IMG/VR virus record: IMGVR_UViG_3300033802_000250
DNA length: 64,000 nucleotides
Strand: one strand, 5' to 3'
Source: a virus
Lineage: Duplodnaviria > Caudoviricetes
Shown: one piece after another, positions 19,702 to 29,100 of the stretch
Layout: each line of letters begins with the position of its first letter
Position numbering within the stretch: the stretch's first letter is position 1
Notes under the pieces: model-generated
Database searches by the model: none
The model's input: only the letters and a program-made list of their open reading frames with translations
Told to the model about the DNA's origin: nothing
Position numbers and translations under genes: made by a program

Positions 19702-21498
19702 ATGCAACTTCATATGAGCCAACTTCCACAAGCCGTCCAGCGGCTTGTGGAAGACTTCCCACAGCTTGAGGTCATCCTCAATAACTTGCAAAATACGCCG
19801 ACCGGCGACATTCTGGAGATCATCAATTTGCACGATCAAAAGATCGCCGTCCTGCAAACGGATGTCGCCAACTTGGAAGCCGCCGACGCAACAGCTAATA
19901 ATCGCCTGACGGCTCTGGAGACTTCCACAGCGACGACTCAAGCTGATTTGGATACGCTGGAGGCAAGAGTCGCTGAAATGCCGACAGGTGTTACTGCCAA
20001 CGGCGTCAAGCTGAACGGGGAGTTTGCATTACAAGCGGGGGCCAATATCAGCTTAATCGTCAACGAAGCCAGCAAGACGATCACGATTACGGCATCCGGG
20101 ACGAACGCGGCAGATGGGGTGCCGGTCGGCACCATCGCTTTCTTCGCCGCTATGACGGCCCCTGCCGGATGGATGGAATGTGACGGAAGGGAAGTGTCTC
20201 GTTCCGAATATTCAGATTTGTTTAATGCTATCGGCACATTGTTCGGGGCGGGTGATGGTACAACAACCTTTAATCTGCCAGATCTTCGCGGCGAGTTCAT
20301 TCGTGGATGGGATCATAATCGAGGCGTCGATGTAGGCCGAGGATTTGGTACAGCACAGGCTGATGCGATTAAAGACCATAAGCACTTCCGCAACGTAGAT
20401 AGGGTCAAGGAAGGCCCGATACTTTCTGAAACACAGGGCGTTAATAAGAATTATGGTCTTGCTATTCAATCTGGTTTCCGGTACGACTACTATCCAACGG
20501 ACGGTCAGAAAACCGGGCCTATGGAAAACGGCGACACCGAGACACGGCCTCGTAACATCGCGATGCTCCCCTGCATCCGCGTAAAACCGGTGGAGAAATC
20601 TCTGACGGAGGCCGTGGCTTCTCTCGAAGCTCGCATGAGTACAGCAGAGCCCAAGATCGACGCCAATATGGTGCAAATCTCCTGCGTCAAGAGCAAAATC
20701 TCTACCATCGACACGCAGGTTACGGCAATTCAAAGCGCCATCAGCGATCTGCAAACAGTGGATTCGCAAATTCTGGATCAATTGACCTTGATCCAGCAGA
20801 CTATCGACAGTCTCAAATCTGACATCGCTGAAATCAAGGAGGTTATCAGCATGGCTTATGTAACGCAGGAAGAATTGAATGCGGTCGTTACCCGCATCAA
20901 TGCGCTGGAGTCGAATGTGACGGGCCTGCAATCGTCGCTGGACAACCTGAATGAAGCGCTCAGCAATCTGAATGCGCTGGCATCCAATCTTGAAACATCA
21001 GTCTCCGATCTCGGCGAAGCGGTCTCGAATCTCGACAATACGGTTGCCCAATTGAATGCGGCACAGGAAGATCTCCAGCAGGCGCAGGAGCAAGTACGGC
21101 AAACCCAAGGAGAAATTCAGCGGCGGATGACCGCCGACAAATCTGTAACGCCAACTTCGATGCTCTCGTCGATCAGCACGTTTCAAGCAGGCGTCAACAC
21201 GGAATTTGAACTGTTCACCTACGCCAACGAGAACGAAGGCGAAATGGTGTTGGCGTACTTTACGAAGCCGGAAGAAATGTCGAGCCTCGAATATCTGGAG
21301 GTGCAAGACGGCAACTGGTATCCGCTCGTTACCGAATATTTCGGCCCGCCTGCGACCGGGTTCCCGCTTCAGGACATCAGCGTGAAGTTCCGTGCAACAC
21401 TGGATACGCCGGGCTCGTATGAAATGCCCATCGAATACCGCCGCGTCTCCGATCAAACCGTTATCGCAAGCGTTGTGCTGAAGTTCAACGTCGAGTAA
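19702..21498 (+). CDS. Tail-collar domain fibre protein with flanking coiled coils
   Basis: VPVGTIAFFA...PAGWMECDGREVSRSEYSDLFNAIG...FNLPDLRGEFIRGWD...HKH...ETRPRNIAM is a classic phage tail collar; long heptad regions flank it. Confidence 0.85.
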   Translation: MQLHMSQLPQAVQRLVEDFPQLEVILNNLQNTPTGDILEIINLHDQKIAVLQTDVANLEAADATANNRLTALETSTATTQADLDTLEARVAEMPTGVTANGVKLNGEFALQAGANISLIVNEASKTITITASGTNAADGVPVGTIAFFAAMTAPAGWMECDGREVSRSEYSDLFNAIGTLFGAGDGTTTFNLPDLRGEFIRGWDHNRGVDVGRGFGTAQADAIKDHKHFRNVDRVKEGPILSETQGVNKNYGLAIQSGFRYDYYPTDGQKTGPMENGDTETRPRNIAMLPCIRVKPVEKSLTEAVASLEARMSTAEPKIDANMVQISCVKSKISTIDTQVTAIQSAISDLQTVDSQILDQLTLIQQTIDSLKSDIAEIKEVISMAYVTQEELNAVVTRINALESNVTGLQSSLDNLNEALSNLNALASNLETSVSDLGEAVSNLDNTVAQLNAAQEDLQQAQEQVRQTQGEIQRRMTADKSVTPTSMLSSISTFQAGVNTEFELFTYANENEGEMVLAYFTKPEEMSSLEYLEVQDGNWYPLVTEYFGPPATGFPLQDISVKFRATLDTPGSYEMPIEYRRVSDQTVIASVVLKFNVE

Positions 21499-21504
21499 AA
21501 GGGC

Positions 21505-21534
21505 TTCGCAAAACGACTTGCGGTTTGATAGAAT
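21505..21534 (+). promoter_or_regulatory. Putative promoter (extended -10 TGaTAGAAT; weak -35 TTCGCA)
   Basis: One of the few intergenic gaps in the tail region; TG at 21526-27, TAGAAT at 21529-34. Confidence 0.45.
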
Positions 21535-21579
21535 ATGAGTGAGTGCAGGGTTGCACTCCTCTGAAAAGGAGGGGGCGGC

Positions 21580-21966
21580 ATGAGGACACGATTGAGTCCG
21601 TGGCAAGTGAAGCAATCTGAGACAGAAGGTGGATCCATGAAGTATGTCTCGGTTAACTATACCACAAATGCTCATGTCCCAAATGACACGGTGGTTTACC
21701 AAATTCCATTTCCTGACGGAATTGAAGGCGTGCTGATCAGCACCATCCGCATCGAGTCTGTTGAGAACGTGCCGTTTGTGGTGGATCTGCTGGATGGAAA
21801 CACGACCAAGACGATCTACGAGAGCTTGGAAGAACTCAGGTTCCAGTACGATCAAGTCAATGTTCCCTATAAACCGAGTGAGAAATCGTTCTTTGTTCGT
21901 ATTCACAACAAAGGCGGTGTAACCACGAAGTTCAATATTGAGATTCGAGGAGTCGAGGTGAGGTAA
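21580..21966 (+). CDS. Hypothetical virion protein (alternative start 21637)
   Basis: RBS aaaggagg before 21580; gaaggtgg before 21637 (MKYVSVNY...). Confidence 0.7.
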   Translation: MRTRLSPWQVKQSETEGGSMKYVSVNYTTNAHVPNDTVVYQIPFPDGIEGVLISTIRIESVENVPFVVDLLDGNTTKTIYESLEELRFQYDQVNVPYKPSEKSFFVRIHNKGGVTTKFNIEIRGVEVR

Positions 21967-22839
21967 ATGGCTTTCTATCAGGGTAAGGAAGTGCAAAGTC
22001 GCCTTATCGACACACTGGTAGAAAAGCTGACGACTCCACCGGCGGGTTCAGTAGAGCCGTACTGGACACGGGTGGAATCCGGCGGCTATCAAAACGAAGG
22101 CTTTATTCTTTTCTCCAACGGCAAATCCGGTGTGGATAGAATCTTTATCCGCATGAAACAAACCGTCATCAACGGCATCGAGTTCAGCATCATCGAGGAT
22201 TATCAGCCGAATCCGGTACAGGGGCTCAGCGGCATTGTGACGAATGAAGGGCCGAAACAGAATTGCCACTTTGCGTCATCCTCAGTTTACGGCTCCAATC
22301 AGCCGGTACACTACTGGCTGAGTTTTGATAAGGATAAGATCATGTTGGCACTGAAGGGCGACAAGGTTTTGTCCAACGCCGTCAAAAGCTTCGTATGGAT
22401 CGGTGCGCCGCAACGATTCTATGATCCGGCGCAAGAGCAAACAACGCCATTGGCCCACGCCAACAGCCGATGGTCATCACCATTGGTAAACACTAACGCC
22501 GACCATGACCTTCTGCTCGGATATTGCCGGGGGCTTCGCGACCGGGCTCGAAACACGAACGTCTTCTATACGATGACGACGCTCACCAAATGGAAGTCCA
22601 AAGGTTGGGGAAATACGATTCTGCTCGGGGAAATCTTCCTGCATCATAATGCCGCTGAAGGTTTCCGTGGAAAGATGGACGGCGTCTACGCACTCAACAA
22701 CTCCAACCCGCCGGACTTCCAAGACGGAGACGAAATCATGGTTGGGAGCAAGCGATACACCGTTCACAATATTTGGTCGGCGGGGTCGCGATCCAACTGC
22801 TGGAATACGCCGTGGTTGGCTGTTGAACAAATCCAATAG
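21967..22839 (+). CDS. Virion fibre-like protein, paralogue 1 of 3
   Basis: Shares MAxYxG N-terminus, YxSxGxxGxxxIxI, KD(K/R)(I/V), GxPxRYD, WGN and GxRG(E/K)(L/M)xGxY with the next two genes. Confidence 0.7.
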   Translation: MAFYQGKEVQSRLIDTLVEKLTTPPAGSVEPYWTRVESGGYQNEGFILFSNGKSGVDRIFIRMKQTVINGIEFSIIEDYQPNPVQGLSGIVTNEGPKQNCHFASSSVYGSNQPVHYWLSFDKDKIMLALKGDKVLSNAVKSFVWIGAPQRFYDPAQEQTTPLAHANSRWSSPLVNTNADHDLLLGYCRGLRDRARNTNVFYTMTTLTKWKSKGWGNTILLGEIFLHHNAAEGFRGKMDGVYALNNSNPPDFQDGDEIMVGSKRYTVHNIWSAGSRSNCWNTPWLAVEQIQ

Positions 22840-22849
22840 GGGGTGAGAT

Positions 22850-23689
22850 GTGATGGGAGTATATGCCGGGCGCGTCAACTGCCGCCAGCTTCTCAACACC
22901 TTACATAACGCCATGCTTGCCGAAGGTTATCAGGAAATCTCCAGCGACATCGCAACGGATGGCCGGGTGTACAAATCCACCGGTATTGATGGCGAAAACG
23001 AGTTTTACATTCGCGTTCAAGACCCACTGAGCAACTACCTGCTGGTTGGATTCTACGACAAGTACACGCCGGGTACACCGGGGGTTCCGGGAGCATTCGG
23101 GAACGGCCACACGCAATCGTGTGTGACATGGAACCGATCTTCGACCAGTAACAGCCTGATGGTCGCCTATATCTTCAACATCAACAAAGACCGGGTGATC
23201 ATCCAATGCGAAGGTTTGAAGGTCAACTCCGGCAATTGCAGTTCGTTGACGTATATTGGAATGCCGAAACGCTATGATCTCAATGACAAGAACTGCAACT
23301 TTGGCGGGATTGCGGGATCAACCCGGATGGACAGCAACAATGAAGCGATGTGGAAGGCTCTGCGTGGTCGCAATCTCGCGCCAAACTTCTGGTACGAGAT
23401 GGACTACTACATGCCTCCGCGTTCTTACGGGTGGGGAAACAAAATCTTCTTCAGTCCGATCTTCATTGGGCATGACGACGAGGGGCCGCGCGGCGAACTG
23501 AGCGGGCTGTACACGTTGGAAGCTGGCGATGCTTTCGAGTTCCAGCATTACGACACGTTCAAAAAGGACGGAAAAACCTATATTATCCTCAGCCGTGCCA
23601 ACGACTTCAACAACAACAAGTATCTGCCGAACTCGTGGTACGTCATGGAGGTAGCGGAGGGGTTGCAATATGGCTTACTATTCCGGTAG
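22850..23689 (+). CDS. Virion fibre-like protein, paralogue 2 of 3
   Basis: VYKSTGIDGENEFYI, NKDRVII, GMPKRYD, WGNKIFF, GPRGELSGLY. Confidence 0.7.
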   Translation: MMGVYAGRVNCRQLLNTLHNAMLAEGYQEISSDIATDGRVYKSTGIDGENEFYIRVQDPLSNYLLVGFYDKYTPGTPGVPGAFGNGHTQSCVTWNRSSTSNSLMVAYIFNINKDRVIIQCEGLKVNSGNCSSLTYIGMPKRYDLNDKNCNFGGIAGSTRMDSNNEAMWKALRGRNLAPNFWYEMDYYMPPRSYGWGNKIFFSPIFIGHDDEGPRGELSGLYTLEAGDAFEFQHYDTFKKDGKTYIILSRANDFNNNKYLPNSWYVMEVAEGLQYGLLFR

Positions 23690-24464
23690 TGTGGCGGCCA
23701 AAAACCTGTTCACGACAATCCTGAACCATATCACGGCGGTTCAGCCGGGCGAAACGCAGGCATGGTGGGTGAAGGAATCTTCGGTTGCGACCGACGGTGT
23801 CTACACGTCCACCGGCTCGTCCGGCAACGAACGGATTGTCTTGGTATTCCGTGAACATACGGTCGGCCAGCGATTCACGGTAGGTATGGCGAAGGATTAC
23901 ACGCCGGGTGCAATCAACACGGCTGGTGCCTTCGATAGCCTGCAAACTTGGGATGTCTACTACTACAGCGCCATCCAGAACGAAAATGTGATCGTCAGCT
24001 ACGACGTGAATGTGACGAAAGACCGCGTCATCATCCATGTTCAGGGCGACAAGCTGATTTCGGCTTGGCAAAACACTGTCATCTTCTTGGGGATGCCGCT
24101 TCGCTATGATCCGAATGACCATCTCTGTATTGTCAAGGCACAAAGCGAAAGCGGCGGCGTTAACAACAAGATCACGGTGCTTCAGGACAGCATCAATACG
24201 ATGTACCAGAACTACGACTGGTTCTCCGTACAGTCGCCCGCGAACCCGTCTTGGGGGAACACCTACTTCCTTGAAACATTGCATTTTGGGTACGGAAACG
24301 AAGGACTTCGCGGCGAACTCGACGGCATTTACGGTACGCATCCCGGCGAACTGGTCGATGGCGACGAAATCGACGTTCTCGGCACGCGGTACAAAGTCAT
24401 CATCTCTCGTGGCGTAGGCCAAAACAACTTCCCTCGTACGGCTCTGCTTCTGAAGATGGCGTAA
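23670..24464 (+). CDS. Virion fibre-like protein, paralogue 3 of 3
   Basis: VYTSTGSSGNERIVL, TKDRVII, GMPLRYD, WGNTYF, GLRGELDGIY. Confidence 0.7.
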   Translation: MAYYSGSVAAKNLFTTILNHITAVQPGETQAWWVKESSVATDGVYTSTGSSGNERIVLVFREHTVGQRFTVGMAKDYTPGAINTAGAFDSLQTWDVYYYSAIQNENVIVSYDVNVTKDRVIIHVQGDKLISAWQNTVIFLGMPLRYDPNDHLCIVKAQSESGGVNNKITVLQDSINTMYQNYDWFSVQSPANPSWGNTYFLETLHFGYGNEGLRGELDGIYGTHPGELVDGDEIDVLGTRYKVIISRGVGQNNFPRTALLLKMA

Positions 24465-24478
24465 GGTGGTGATCCCTT

Positions 24479-24949
24479 ATGGCTGTCTATAGCGGAAGAT
24501 TTCTTCACGAGGATATTGTTCCGGGCTCCCGAGTGCAAGCAACGATTGAGGCGCAAAATATTCCGGTGAAACAAAACGTCATAAGCTTCCGCGAAACGAC
24601 GAAGAACAAGACCGGATGGGTGACGGATTCACTGTTTGGTTTTGAAGTACGACATCCGATCACCGCAATCAGCGTAGAACCTGCACTTGGCGCTATTGTC
24701 GCAACGCATATCCGGGATGGCTCCCGCCAGTATCGCGTCATTGAAAGCGAGCCGCGCGGCACCCGTCATCAACGGGTCAAAGAAGGAGACGGCCTGACGA
24801 TTGATGGTACAATCGGCCAGCGTATCAATAAGGTACTGACCGGAGTTGGCGCTTACGGCATTGGATACAATCCACAACCCACACCTCAGCCCGATTGCAA
24901 ACCGATCAGGAAATATCCTCGGGATTGGCACGGGGAGAACATGCACTAG
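24479..24949 (+). CDS. Hypothetical protein (fibre-associated?)
   Basis: RBS aaggtgg; N-terminus MAVYSG resembles the three upstream paralogues. Confidence 0.65.
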   Translation: MAVYSGRFLHEDIVPGSRVQATIEAQNIPVKQNVISFRETTKNKTGWVTDSLFGFEVRHPITAISVEPALGAIVATHIRDGSRQYRVIESEPRGTRHQRVKEGDGLTIDGTIGQRINKVLTGVGAYGIGYNPQPTPQPDCKPIRKYPRDWHGENMH

Positions 24950-24978
24950 CAGGGGCTCTTTGCTCCTGCTAGTTTTCC
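24946..24978 (+). terminator. Rho-independent terminator
   Basis: ctagcaggggc-tcttt-gctcctgctag followed by tttt. Confidence 0.65.
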
Positions 24979-24993
24979 TATGGAGGGATAAAC

Positions 24994-26112
24994 ATGCAGA
25001 GTCGCTTTTCCGAAATCACCGCGAGCATCATGAAGGAACTGCCTCGGTGGTTCAAGATGCGCAAAGACAAGAACAGCATCGGAGCGCAATTTTTGAACAT
25101 CTTCGGCCTGCAATTCGAGGACATTCAATTCTATCTGCAATACGCCTTCGACAACCAATACATCGACTCCGCCGACATCAATCAAGTGGATATCGTGTAC
25201 AAAGCGACGCTCCCGAGTAGCCTCTTGCCGGAGGATCGCATTACGCTTGTCGGCGACGGCATGAAGCTGGTTCAGGTGCTTACGCTGAAAGAGTTCCTGC
25301 GCGGGCTGAATGTCAAATGGCTTAATCACAGGGAGATCTATTACCATAATCCGTACTTCATTGATTGGGAGCGCAAGGTGATCTACGTTCGCAAGGCGTA
25401 TGGCGTCACCGCCGAATACCCGGAAGGCCACATTCGGCTGACGATGGAAAACACGGAAGGTCAAATCGTATTGGAGACGAACATTCCGCTCGGCATCCAT
25501 CACGTCTGGAACTTCTTTGACGAATTTGGACTTCTGCTTGATACGCCGCGCTTGTATGGCGAGAGAAACAGGGAATACAAGGAGCGCCTGCTTGATGTGT
25601 TCCGGCATCCGGCAAACTCGACTTACCGTGGCCTGATGAACTCGCTGGCCCGGGATCTCGGACTGTACGTCAAAGAGATCTGGCAGGACGGCGGCGTTGA
25701 TCTTACGCTCAAGCACGCCAATATTGTCCTTGACTCAATTGAAGTGGACGGGCAGGCTTGGCCGGTGGAAAACACCTACATGGATCGCTCCGAGCGTGTT
25801 GTCCTGAAGGCTGACCTCAACTATCTCGGAAGGATACGCAACGTACGATTTGTCGCTGGTCTGGAAATGCACAAGTTCTTTGACAAGCGTGACTACGCTT
25901 TCCAAGAGGAACTGTACTCAATTGACCGTCTTGCAACGCCGATGCTACAATACTATGTAGACGTGATAACGAACGAAGTGCCCGTAATGTGGGGGCAATT
26001 CATATGGAACGAATCGTTTTGGGATATCGCCGATGCCAAGATGAGCGGCTACGGATTCATCCCAAGTTTTAACGATGCCCGCTTCCTAAACTGGAGTAAA
26101 TACAAAGAGTAG
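24994..26112 (+). CDS. Baseplate wedge-like protein (gpI/gpJ-type motif)
   Basis: FDEFGLLLDTPRLYGERNREYKERLL resembles the LDxxGxxxxxxRxxGExDxxYRxR wedge motif. Confidence 0.6.
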   Translation: MQSRFSEITASIMKELPRWFKMRKDKNSIGAQFLNIFGLQFEDIQFYLQYAFDNQYIDSADINQVDIVYKATLPSSLLPEDRITLVGDGMKLVQVLTLKEFLRGLNVKWLNHREIYYHNPYFIDWERKVIYVRKAYGVTAEYPEGHIRLTMENTEGQIVLETNIPLGIHHVWNFFDEFGLLLDTPRLYGERNREYKERLLDVFRHPANSTYRGLMNSLARDLGLYVKEIWQDGGVDLTLKHANIVLDSIEVDGQAWPVENTYMDRSERVVLKADLNYLGRIRNVRFVAGLEMHKFFDKRDYAFQEELYSIDRLATPMLQYYVDVITNEVPVMWGQFIWNESFWDIADAKMSGYGFIPSFNDARFLNWSKYKE

Positions 26113-26123
26113 GAGGGGCTGGT

Positions 26124-29100
26124 ATGGCAACTCGCTATTTCGACGTGACCGTCTCTGGTGACGCCAGCTACGTTGGCGAGCGCTTCTGGAGCGGCGAATC
26201 CATCAACTCGCTGTGGTATTTGTTCAACTACAACAGCGACAACCGCGCGACATGGGGGCTCGATGCCAACGGATGGTTGCAATACCGGAGTGCGTTTGGA
26301 ACCTACGCAGGCCGCTACAATCCCGACGACATCAACTTGGGCGATACATACTTTGAAGTTGATCTGCAACCCGCCGGATCCGGGAACTATGAAGTTGGGT
26401 TTTTCATGCGGTATATCGACCGCTTTTCGTTTTACTACCTGACGTTCAATGGCGGTTACGTGAATTGGGGTACGCGGAACATCCGGTTGTACAAAGTCAT
26501 TGGCACCCAACATATCATGGTCGCCGATGCCGAGCATCCGGTGTTTAACACCTCGACGGTTTACAAATTCAGGTGCGAATTGACGGACGCAAACGTCAAA
26601 ATCTACCTCAACAATTCGCTGATTATCAACTGGACGGATACGAGCGGTAGTCCGTATCGTCAAGGCGCATTCGGGCCGTGGGTCAGAGGACAGGAGTTCG
26701 CGAAGTGGAGAGGTTTCCAAGCCAAAACAAACTCGCCGGTCACGTTGTCCACAGTTCTCAAAGATAACAATGTCACAAACGCCTTCTACGATGCGGCTTC
26801 AGCAAAGCTGATCTCGATGCAATCCGTCTCCCAAATCCTGCAACCCATACTGGATGCCTTTCTGAGTAATGTGAACTACGAATCGTTCACATGGAAGTCT
26901 TTTCGTCTGTCATCGTCCGAACCTCGCGTCCATGTGATCTTTGACCGGACGGAAGGCGCGAATGTTACCTCAGATCCGGCATCCAAAATTTATGCTTATC
27001 AGCAATTGCCCACTTCGCCGCCGCTGGCTCCAACAAATTTGGTCGGCCAAGCGCTCGGGCTGAACAGCATCAAGCTGACGTGGGAACATGCGGATGACAG
27101 CGAAGACGGATTCCATATCTATGACGATCAAGGCAACCTCATCGCAACGGTTGCCGAAGACGTGCTGGAGTACACGGAAACCGGACTTGCCGAAAGCACG
27201 ACGTACAAGCGGGTTGTTGTTGCCTTCAATGCCGCAGGTGAGAGCGCGGCATCCAACATGGTAACTATAACAACCGCAAGTACAATTCCGATCAAGCCGA
27301 CAAATTTCCAAGGTACGCCGATCTCCGACCGATCCATCCTGTGGACGTGGAATGACAATGCCTTCAATGAGACGGCATATGAACTCATCACATGGGATGA
27401 GCTTGGCAATATCATCGTTCTGGTTAACGATTTGCCAAAGGGTACATCGTCGTATCTGGAGACGGGATTGTCGCCATCCACAACGTATGTGCGCGGCGTG
27501 CGGGCGAGAAACTCGGCGGGTCATTCCGAACCGTCCAACCCGTTTGAAGTCACGACAATGGACGAACTTCCGGCTCCGCCGATGAATGCGCCGGTGAACT
27601 TCTACGGCATTGGGGTGTCCGACACAACCATCTACTGGTTCTGGAAGGACATCAACCATGACGAAGAAGGCTTCGAGCTTTACGACCAGCACGACAATCT
27701 GATCGCAACGATCCCGGCCAATACTGAGCAATACATTGAAACTGGCCTGTACTCGCTGAACGTCTATCAGCGGAAAATTCGGGCGTTCAACCGGGGTGGC
27801 AAAGGGCCGTTCACGCCGCTGGCGACGGCCATAACGCTATCTGATGGGCGAGATCAGACCGGCAAGCCTCTGCCGCCGATGGATCTGCGGGCTGAAGTGC
27901 TGGACACCACCAGCGTCAGGTTGACGTGGGTGTACGAGGAGGACGAACACTTCCCGGCGGTCGGCTTCAAGATTTTCTTCGGCGACGGCGCATTTGCGGC
28001 GGCGGTGCCGAAAGATCTGCGTGAACACACGATCAGCACATTGCTTCCGAACACCACGTACCATATGTACATCGTTGCTTACAACGACAACGGCGATAGC
28101 CTGCGAAGCAATACGGTCGAGTTCACGACGCCGCACGTCATTCCGAATATCCCGGATCCAATTGATCCGAGCGATCTGGAGGATCCGTTCTATGGCATTT
28201 CGTACGACCACGAGAAGGAGGGGATGCCGAAGATTTCGGCTTTCCAATCCGGCGTCGGCGACGGCCTTGACCTTGTTGTGCGAAATATTCAATCTCCGGC
28301 TCCCAATCTGGAGGTATTCCGATATGAGGTCTACATCACAGGCGAGTATCAGGAGACGATTGAGGGCGTCACTTACAATCGTATTTGGGAATCCGCCCGG
28401 TCGGTGGGCCAGTTGCAAGAAGTCGTTGCGGGCGCGGTGTTGAAATTTACCGACCGGATTCCATCGCCGCTGTTTGATTTGATGTGGCAAGAGATCAACG
28501 CAAAAACACCGATCAGCAACTACAAGCTGATTCTGACCTCGACGAATCCGAACGTCGAAATCACGCTGGAGCGGGAAGTCACGAATTTCTTCCCGGAGGA
28601 CAGCACATTCATCGAACTGCCGATGCAGGCCCGCATCATCAACGAAACGCAAACGGCATGGTATCCGTCCATCCATTCCGGGTACTACTATTTGAACCAG
28701 CAAGAATGGTTCCTGTACGTTGACGACCGCGTACGCCCGCGCGATGGTGATATCGACGAGATGTACGTGATGAAGTTCCCGTACATCATCAAAGCATTCG
28801 GCGCTCGCCATTACGATGCACAAGACTTTCATTTCGTCGATACAACCCGTGCAGACTTCCTGCAAGGCGAAGTCGGTGAAGGCATCACGCTGGATAAGGA
28901 ATACGGCTCGATCTGTCTGAAGGATGACGCCGCTGAAGGAGTCTTTACGTCGCGGATCTTCCGGTTCGGGCGGCCTGTGACGGACTGGTATCCGATTGAA
29001 GTCATCTATGACGGAGAAGCCGCTTCCGGCGGCGCACGCTTCGAGGTCGAAGTGGGTGCGAGCGACTACCTCGGCAATGTGGAAACTTGGTATCCGCAGA

